Of a stretch of 64,000 nucleotides of DNA, positions 57,777 through 64,000 are shown piece by piece. Origin of the DNA: Salinispira sp. GTDB taxonomy: Bacteria; Spirochaetota; Spirochaetia; DSM-27196; Salinispiraceae. The DNA is taken from NCBI GenBank assembly GCA_965602015.1, contig OZ271918.1, forward strand, positions 1,856,001-1,920,000, in the 5' to 3' direction. The notes below the pieces were generated by a model. That model worked only from the letters and a program-made list of their open reading frames with translations, ran no database searches and was not told where the DNA came from. Made by a program: the position numbers and the translations under genes. Position 1 is the first letter of the stretch. Every line of letters starts with the position of its first letter.

Positions 57777-59030
57777 ATGTACACTACATCGCCGAAACGC
57801 AGGATGCTATGTATCCTCGGGTTTCTGTTGATTCTGGCTTCAATGCTCACCGCTCAGCCGCGACCGCTTGAAGAGATCGCCGTAGAGCCGGCCTCTTCGG
57901 CCGGAACCCTGGTGGAAATACGGCAGGGCAGCTTTCACAGCATTGAAGATCTTAGTCAGACGATTCCGGGATTCTTCGAATTCTATCCCGTGCCCGTACC
58001 CCGGTATCCGGTCCAATCCTGGAGCCTCACCTTCGTGAGCACGGACTATGACGGGAGCCCGGTAGAGATACGCGCCCAGTTTTTTACGCCGGTTACCCAG
58101 GTCCCCGAACAGTTTCCCAGTTATGTATTTGCGTCGGGAACCACCGGATTGGGGGACGAAAGCGCTCCGTCATTAGAGATCCCCACTGAAGAGCGCTGGG
58201 GATGGTATACCCAAAACATGCTCGCCTATGCATCACAGGGTTTTATTGTCATGTTTCCCGATTACACGGGCTTTAACGATCCGGAGCGCACCCAACGCTA
58301 CTTCAGCCGCTTTGCCGAGGGATACATGATGCTCGACGCAATCCGGGCGCATTTGTCGTTTTTTGATACGGAAGATGCAGCCGACGTCCTTGTCAGCCCC
58401 GACGGGCATGTGTTTACCGCCGGCTACAGTCAGGGCGGCCATGCTGCTATGGCCGCTGCCGACCTGAGGCCTTACTATGCGGCGGATGTGCCTCTTACCG
58501 GGGTAATTACCTTCGGTTCAACTAACGATGTTGAAGCCCTGTTCAGGGAGGGTGTGGCCTACGGCCCCCTCATCCTCTACTCCTATCGGGAAATCTACGG
58601 TGAAGACTCAATAGATGTTAGCCGGTATCTGCTGCCGCGCTGGCTCGAGAACTTCGAAACCGAGGCCCAGGGAAGGCTGCCCCAATTTCAAGCGACCTAC
58701 GGGTTTTCGCAGGAGCGGGTATTTACCCCGGAATTCCGCGACGCCCTGAATAACCGGACGGTAGCCAGGGATTTCCCCGAAATACATCGTCTTATGGCGG
58801 AGAACCACAGCGGGCATAGCGGACACGGCCTGCCCTCGCTGGTTATCCAGGGAGGCCGGGACTTCATTGTCACCACTGCAAGCCAGGCGCTATTTGTCGA
58901 CGGCCTGAGGGAACGGGGAAGTCAGGTTCGCTTCCTGGTGTATCCAAAAGCAACCCATCGCTACACCCGCCATGCGGGATTCCCCGCAACCGTCTGGTGG
59001 ATGAACGAATTGACGGGCCGGAACGACTAA
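57777..59030 (+). CDS. Secreted alpha/beta hydrolase (secretory lipase LIP-like), paralogue
   Basis: Signal peptide; PDYTG, GYSQGG, QGGRD, ATHR; RBS GGAGG. Confidence 0.85.
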   Translation: MYTTSPKRRMLCILGFLLILASMLTAQPRPLEEIAVEPASSAGTLVEIRQGSFHSIEDLSQTIPGFFEFYPVPVPRYPVQSWSLTFVSTDYDGSPVEIRAQFFTPVTQVPEQFPSYVFASGTTGLGDESAPSLEIPTEERWGWYTQNMLAYASQGFIVMFPDYTGFNDPERTQRYFSRFAEGYMMLDAIRAHLSFFDTEDAADVLVSPDGHVFTAGYSQGGHAAMAAADLRPYYAADVPLTGVITFGSTNDVEALFREGVAYGPLILYSYREIYGEDSIDVSRYLLPRWLENFETEAQGRLPQFQATYGFSQERVFTPEFRDALNNRTVARDFPEIHRLMAENHSGHSGHGLPSLVIQGGRDFIVTTASQALFVDGLRERGSQVRFLVYPKATHRYTRHAGFPATVWWMNELTGRND

Positions 59031-59064
59031 CCCATCCTGGCAATCAGCGAGCGCCATCAAGGAC

Positions 59065-59093
59065 CCCCGCCGGACTGTCGGCGGGGTTTTTTT
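59065..59093 (+). terminator. Intrinsic terminator after the esterase pair
   Basis: CCCCGCCGG-ACTG-TCGGCGGGG-T7. Confidence 0.85.
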
Positions 59094-59592
59094 AGCTTCT
59101 ATGAAGGATATTCACCAACAGGCCCTGGATTTCCTCCAGGTTGGCGAGCATGTCGATTTGGCTTGACTGGCTGACAAAGACCTTTCGGCTGAGATCATCC
59201 AGACGTTCATCGATTACTTTTATGATGGTGTACTTTTTTTGATTCAGAATGGTACGACGTGAGATATGTTCCTCTGTGCTGTACGCGTTATCGGTAACAT
59301 GAGCGATAAAATCCCGGATGGCCTGCTTGTATCGGGTAAGATTATCTATACCCGGGTATTTAACCAGCTCCTCTCCGAGGCGCTGAATGTCCCCGATTAT
59401 CTCCTGAAGCTCATGGTCGCTGTTGATGGGATGAACCGAGTCCAGCCTCGCATCGGCCGACTGGTTTGAACTGAACAGCTTTCCCAGCACTCCGGTAAAT
59501 CCTCCGGATTTACCGGTCTTTTCCTGTTTCTTTTTTTCAGGCGTATAATCTGGGCGGAACGGCAGGCCGCTGGTGCCGTCAATTTTCTCCAT
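59092..59592 (-). CDS. yaaR: YaaR (DUF327) family protein
   Basis: GEEL...P....L..YK.AIRDF, IIKVIDERL, LEEIQGLLVNI. Confidence 0.8.
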   Translation of the reverse strand: MEKIDGTSGLPFRPDYTPEKKKQEKTGKSGGFTGVLGKLFSSNQSADARLDSVHPINSDHELQEIIGDIQRLGEELVKYPGIDNLTRYKQAIRDFIAHVTDNAYSTEEHISRRTILNQKKYTIIKVIDERLDDLSRKVFVSQSSQIDMLANLEEIQGLLVNILHRS

Positions 59593-60160
59593 GGCTTCCG
59601 CCGCCGGAACCCTTGGACCGGGAGGCATCTTTGCGCCGCCGACGAAAACCGCGAATGAATTTGGAACCCGAAGGTTCATCGGACGACTGATCTGCCGTGT
59701 TCCCCCGCCTGCTTTCGGCAGAGGGATCAGACAGCTGCCTTGACGCCGGAGCTTCAGCGGCTTGCAGGGACTCGCCTGACCGCCCGGCCCGGGTTCGAAT
59801 CATTTTCTGCCGCTTATCGCTTTTGCCGGTAATCACCAGGGAGCAGTGCATCAGAACCCCCTCCTCTGCAATCAGCCTGGGAGTGTAGAGATTTCCGATA
59901 ACCACCGCCGAAGCGAGGATGAGGATTTTATCAGTTGCGTAGATCGTTCCGCGGAAAACCCCGCCGATTACCACCACCCGGGCATTGACTGTGCTGTCGG
60001 CCCGCCCGTGAGTGCCGATGAGAACCTTGCCCTCAGTTTTTATTGATCCTGAAAAGTCGCCGTCTACCCTGAAAAGACCTTCTATTTCTATATCGCCTTT
60101 AAAGCGGCTGCCGAAACCGATGAGAGAATTTACATACTGTTCTTCCGGGAATCGTTCCAT
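59579..60160 (-). CDS. Bactofilin with low-complexity C-tail
   Basis: NSLIG.GSRFKGDI, RVDGDFSGSI, VIGGVFRGTI. Confidence 0.9.
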   Translation of the reverse strand: MERFPEEQYVNSLIGFGSRFKGDIEIEGLFRVDGDFSGSIKTEGKVLIGTHGRADSTVNARVVVIGGVFRGTIYATDKILILASAVVIGNLYTPRLIAEEGVLMHCSLVITGKSDKRQKMIRTRAGRSGESLQAAEAPASRQLSDPSAESRRGNTADQSSDEPSGSKFIRGFRRRRKDASRSKGSGGGSHGEN

Positions 60161-60175
60161 GTGAACGGGATTATA

Positions 60176-61192
60176 TCACCGACGGGTGCTGTTCGACCAG
60201 CGGATAAAGTCGTTATTGATGTTGAGGAAGGTTGTGGGGTCCAAAACCTCGGTACCGAGCATTATTTGAAAGTCCAAATGGCGCCCGGTGGACAGGCCGG
60301 TGTTTCCCATGACCCCGATTCTCTGGCCCTGATAGACGATGTCGCCGGCGTTAACTGATCGGGACTGGAGGTGGGAGTACCGGGTTCTGAAACCGTATTT
60401 ATGTTCAATGAGCACGTAATTTCCAAAGCCCGTCTCACCGAACTTTGATTCGATAACTTTGCCGTTTGCCGCCGCAACGATGGGAAGGCTTTGAGATGCG
60501 GCGATGTCTATTCCCTTGTGCATGTACCAGTTTCCGTACACAGGGTGAATGTTCGGCCCGAATTCCATGGTGACTATGGAACGGGCCGTGCCCACTACCG
60601 GCCACATGGTGGGGAGATCGGCCATAATTTCAGATCTGGTCTGGAGCGCCGAGGCGATATTATTCAGGGGATCGAGTGCGCCGGAGAGAGACTCCCTGAG
60701 TTGGCGCAGATCGTAGATTTCCCGAGCTTCTCCGTTGTTTATTTCCTGGAGATTGTTGATTGAGGCCAAATCGCCGCCCTGATTGATGGAGCTGTCCTCA
60801 CTGGCGCTCAACTCCAGCTCCCGAAGGGTATTGAGCATGCTGCTTTCGAATAATTCAAAAACCTTGACCGTGTCGGTTACCTCGTCGCGAATGGCGTCGA
60901 GATTTCCCTGAGTGATGATTAAATCATCCTGCTGTTCGCTGATGAGCTGTTCAGAACCGGTAAAATGGGTAGTCATGTAAAAGAAGCCGCCAACCATACC
61001 CATAAAAACCGCGGCGAGGAAAATAAGCAGCAGGGTGCTCATTTGGAAATTCACCACTTTTTTTTCGGAGTGAGGAATAAACATGACCGTAAATTTCTGG
61101 CTCATAATTGAAGTAAACCATGAGCCTGTGCGTCGGAAGAGTGTGTTGATGCCGCTAAAAATTGTTTTTTTGATGTGCTTGTCTGACCGCAT
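60176..61192 (-). CDS. Membrane-anchored M23 peptidase family protein
   Basis: TM plus coiled coil plus HKGID, YSHL, STGRHLDF. Confidence 0.9.
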   Translation of the reverse strand: MRSDKHIKKTIFSGINTLFRRTGSWFTSIMSQKFTVMFIPHSEKKVVNFQMSTLLLIFLAAVFMGMVGGFFYMTTHFTGSEQLISEQQDDLIITQGNLDAIRDEVTDTVKVFELFESSMLNTLRELELSASEDSSINQGGDLASINNLQEINNGEAREIYDLRQLRESLSGALDPLNNIASALQTRSEIMADLPTMWPVVGTARSIVTMEFGPNIHPVYGNWYMHKGIDIAASQSLPIVAAANGKVIESKFGETGFGNYVLIEHKYGFRTRYSHLQSRSVNAGDIVYQGQRIGVMGNTGLSTGRHLDFQIMLGTEVLDPTTFLNINNDFIRWSNSTRR

Positions 61193-61358
61193 GGGGCTCG
61201 TCTGGTCCTCCGCCTCTTCGCTAGCAAAATAAATCTAACGGTATTGTACAGTACTCCGTGAAAAGAGCATAGATGTACCCTCTATATGTTTCGACAGTAT
61301 TATACCAATACCTAATATTTTTTTAATTTTGAGCACATTATACGAGATTAATTACGAA

Positions 61359-61388
61359 AATGTACCACGAAAGCGACGCATTTGTCAA
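61359..61388 (-). promoter_or_regulatory. Putative promoter of M23-bactofilin-yaaR
   Basis: Minus strand TTGACA-18 nt-TACATT with TG extension. Confidence 0.6.
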
Positions 61389-61413
61389 ATATTAGGGGTT
61401 TTATCTATAGATA

Positions 61414-61442
61414 TTGACGATCACTTTGCCGCGTGATACCTT
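61414..61442 (+). promoter_or_regulatory. Putative promoter of tatD
   Basis: TTGACG-17 nt-TACCTT with TG extension. Confidence 0.55.
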
Positions 61443-61500
61443 TGAAGCAATAACACCATGCTACTGCATGTGTTGTACATCTTTTCTTACTGGAAATCAT

Positions 61501-62271
61501 ATGAAGTTATTTGATACTCACGCCCATATCGGGTTGATTCACGAAGACCCGATCGAACAGCTCATTATTACTCAGGAAGCCCGCCAGTCCGGCGTGGAAG
61601 GCATAATCAGCATCTGCAATAATCTGCATGATTTTTTTGCCGTCTATGAAAATCTAAAGACCGCAAACAATGTGTATCACGCCGTCGGCGTATCTCCCTC
61701 TGAAGTACAGAATCCGGGCCTCGACTGGGAAGGAAAAATCGAGCAGGGCGCCGCCCTAGACCGGGTCGTAGCTATCGGCGAGACGGGTCTGGACTACTAC
61801 CGCAAATTCGGCGATAAGGACAGTCAGGTCGAACTGTTTATCCGCCAACTGGAACTCGCTGATAAGCTCGATTTGCCGGTTATTATTCATAATCGTGATG
61901 CGGGCTCCGATATTCTCGATATTCTGCGGGAGAGAATACCCTCCCGAGGCGCCGTGCTGCATTGTTACGGAGAGGATTGGGCATTCGCTCAGAAAGCCCT
62001 GGAGCTCAACCTGTATATTTCGTTTGCCGGCAATGTCACCTACCGAAACGCGCGAAATCTTCACGAAACCGCCAAAAACATGCCTCTTGAGCGCATTGTC
62101 ATTGAGTCGGAGAGTCCCTTTATGGTCCCGGCGGCTTTCAGGGGAAAACGAAACAAGCCGAGCTATATGGTAAGCACTGCGGAATTCCTCGCGGATTTAC
62201 GGGGAATCAGCGCAGAGGAGTTTGCGGAGACCAGTTACGCCAACGCGTGTACCCTCTTTAATATCAGCTAA
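61501..62271 (+). CDS. tatD: TatD family nuclease
   Basis: FDTHAH, IGETGLDY, IHNRDA, LHC. Confidence 0.9.
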   Translation: MKLFDTHAHIGLIHEDPIEQLIITQEARQSGVEGIISICNNLHDFFAVYENLKTANNVYHAVGVSPSEVQNPGLDWEGKIEQGAALDRVVAIGETGLDYYRKFGDKDSQVELFIRQLELADKLDLPVIIHNRDAGSDILDILRERIPSRGAVLHCYGEDWAFAQKALELNLYISFAGNVTYRNARNLHETAKNMPLERIVIESESPFMVPAAFRGKRNKPSYMVSTAEFLADLRGISAEEFAETSYANACTLFNIS

Positions 62272-62331
62272 GCTGTACGCCGGAAGGCCCATACGGTCCG
62301 CGGCGAACGCTTTTACTGGCAAACCTGTCAC

Positions 62332-62364
62332 AAAACCGCAGCGGCAAAGCGCTGCGGTTTTTTT
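62332..62364 (+). terminator. Intrinsic terminator after tatD
   Basis: AAAACCGCAGCG-GCAAAG-CGCTGCGG-T7. Confidence 0.85.
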
Positions 62365-62455
62365 ATTATGTGTTTTCAGATTGCGCGTATCGGCCCCGCT
62401 TGCGGGTTTTTATCACACTTGACCCTGGTAAAAACAAGGTGGTATACAATCTAGC

Positions 62456-63901
62456 GTGAATGCAGAAAAGCCCGGACATTATTGCGGGGTTGTTGGAATA
62501 TACAGCCCCGAACCGATAAACATCCCGGAAAAAATTTATTTCCCCCTCTTTTCGCTCCAACACCGGGGGCAGGAAAGCGCCGGCATCGCATTCCGGCAAG
62601 CGGACGAAACAATCGTGCACAAGGATCTTGGCATGGTCAGCACCGTTCTCAGCAGCTACCTCGATTCTGAACATCTTTCCCGGGTAGGCATCGGACATGT
62701 GCGCTACTCCACCCACGGGGGAAACAAAAAAGAAAATGCTCAACCGCTTCTGGTGAACAGCAACAAGGGCGAGATTGCCATTGCCCACAACGGCAACCTC
62801 ACGAACACCCGCGAACTGCAAAAAGAACTCTTTGACGAAGGCGCCATATTCCAGACGACTTCAGACACCGAGGTCATTCTTCATTTGTTGAGCCGTTCTC
62901 GCGCCGATGACTTTCAGCAAGCGCTCATGGAAACCCTGAGCAGGCTGAGAGGGGCATTCTCCATAACCGCCGTTCACGACAACAGCCTGATTGCAATCCG
63001 CGATCCCTGGGGTTTTCGCCCGTTGTACATCGGCGAGTTGGACGGGGTGACGTATCTCGCCTCGGAAACCGTTGCCCTCGATATGATGAGGGTAACGGAA
63101 TACCGTTCGGTAGAGCCGGGGGAAGTCATTGTCATAAACGAATCGGGCCGCCATAGCTATCGGATCGAGAGGGAACCGGAGGGCGTACATCAGTGCGTTT
63201 TTGAAATGATTTACTTCGCCCGACCGGACTCAGAGGTGTACGACAGATCGGTGCATGAATTCCGAAAGAGCATCGGCGCCGCTCTGGCGCGACGGGACAG
63301 GGAGCTGCTCAGCAGGCCCTTCCCTGCGGGAGATGTGGTGGTGCCTGTTCCCGACAGCGGTACAATCGCCGCCCTGGGCTATGCACAGGAGTCCGGTCTG
63401 CCGTTTGAAATGGGTCTGACGAGAAACCACTACACCGGCCGTTCATTTATCATGCCGAGCAATGCGGAGCGCGAACTGATGGTGCGTCTCAAGCTCCATC
63501 CGGTCAAATCGGTAATTAAGGGCCGGAGGGTATTCCTGATCGATGACAGCCTGGTTCGGGGCACCACCGCGAAAATACTGGTAAAACTTATTAAAGAAGC
63601 CGGCGCCGCCGAAGTCCACCTGCGCTTGTCAGCGCCGGAGATCCGTTGGCCGTGCTTTTTCGGAATTGATATACCCACCCGCGACGAGTTGATCAGCAAC
63701 TTCAAAACGCCGGATGAGCTTGCAGAGGAGCTCCAGGCCGATTCGCTTATGTTTCTGGAGGTGGGAGATCTCGAGGAAAACAGCTCTTCGCCCGGGGCAT
63801 TCTGTTATTCCTGTTTCACGGGTACATATCCCTTCGACGTGCCGCTGCGGCCGGAGGCCCGGCGGCTGTATCCCAGAGATAATAAAACCGCAGGAAGATA
63901 A
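62456..63901 (+). CDS. purF: Amidophosphoribosyltransferase (propeptide and Fe-S type)
   Basis: CGVVG, LQHRGQE, GHVRYST, YFARPDS, DDSLVRGTT, CYSC. Confidence 0.96.
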   Translation: MNAEKPGHYCGVVGIYSPEPINIPEKIYFPLFSLQHRGQESAGIAFRQADETIVHKDLGMVSTVLSSYLDSEHLSRVGIGHVRYSTHGGNKKENAQPLLVNSNKGEIAIAHNGNLTNTRELQKELFDEGAIFQTTSDTEVILHLLSRSRADDFQQALMETLSRLRGAFSITAVHDNSLIAIRDPWGFRPLYIGELDGVTYLASETVALDMMRVTEYRSVEPGEVIVINESGRHSYRIEREPEGVHQCVFEMIYFARPDSEVYDRSVHEFRKSIGAALARRDRELLSRPFPAGDVVVPVPDSGTIAALGYAQESGLPFEMGLTRNHYTGRSFIMPSNAERELMVRLKLHPVKSVIKGRRVFLIDDSLVRGTTAKILVKLIKEAGAAEVHLRLSAPEIRWPCFFGIDIPTRDELISNFKTPDELAEELQADSLMFLEVGDLEENSSSPGAFCYSCFTGTYPFDVPLRPEARRLYPRDNKTAGR

Positions 63902-63951
63902 GCTTCCGGTAAAATCGCTCCTTCGGAGCATAGTTTGCCTCAGGAGAACGT

Positions 63952-64000
63952 ATGAAACCCAAAAAGTATTCCGAAGCTGGAGTGGACATTGAAAAAGGTG
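63952..64000 (+). CDS. purM: Phosphoribosylaminoimidazole synthetase (5' fragment)
   Basis: AGGAG RBS; MKPKKYSEAGVDIEKG matches the PurM N-terminal Y..AGVDI motif; follows purF. Confidence 0.8.
   Translation, partial: MKPKKYSEAGVDIEKG

Noticed and set aside
61311..61396. 10-bp inverted repeat CCTAATATTT / AAATATTAGG in the M23-tatD intergenic region
   Set aside because: Short, AT-rich and widely spaced; plausible by chance.
62318..62364. GGCAAACC upstream of purF suggesting a c-di-GMP-I or purine-related riboswitch
   Set aside because: The remaining consensus is absent; the hairpin is the tatD terminator and purF has its own candidate promoter immediately before its start.
1..64000. CRISPR arrays, tRNA, rRNA or prophage genes
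   Set aside because: No regularly spaced repeats, cloverleaf signatures or phage hallmark proteins were recognised by eye, and the intergenic gaps are short.

Overview
This is a gene-dense, moderately GC-rich bacterial chromosome segment. It is almost certainly from a spirochaete (Spirochaetaceae-like), judging by the P83/100-family protein, fused PyrBI, Hbb-type HU and the rpsT-hbb-lnt-rho-rpmE order. Most of it is housekeeping: flagellar rod genes, PBP1A, rRNA methylases, three aminoacyl-tRNA synthetases, clpS-clpA-aat, two lnt paralogues, rho, an ABC exporter, M23/bactofilin, tatD and purF/purM. Four things stand out. (1) An unannotated candidate ~95-nt small RNA at 6687-6781, with its own promoter, a G-U-rich stem, a CCCCUCCC anti-Shine-Dalgarno-like loop and a terminator. 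(2) A 1251-bp insertion sequence at 55179-56429 with perfect 21-bp inverted repeats and a divergent IS1-like transposase whose third catalytic motif is non-canonical. It lies inside a probable accessory block (algF-algI-algJ O-acetylation genes plus two secreted esterases) that separates yaaR from ricT. (3) A ParB-type CTPase domain with no DNA-binding HTH but a C-terminal amphipathic helix, directly behind PBP1A. (4) Several degenerate enzymes (GalK-like, HD-GYP, M23) and many apparently leaderless promoters. No rRNA, tRNA or CRISPR array was recognised. All family calls come from motif recognition, not database searches.
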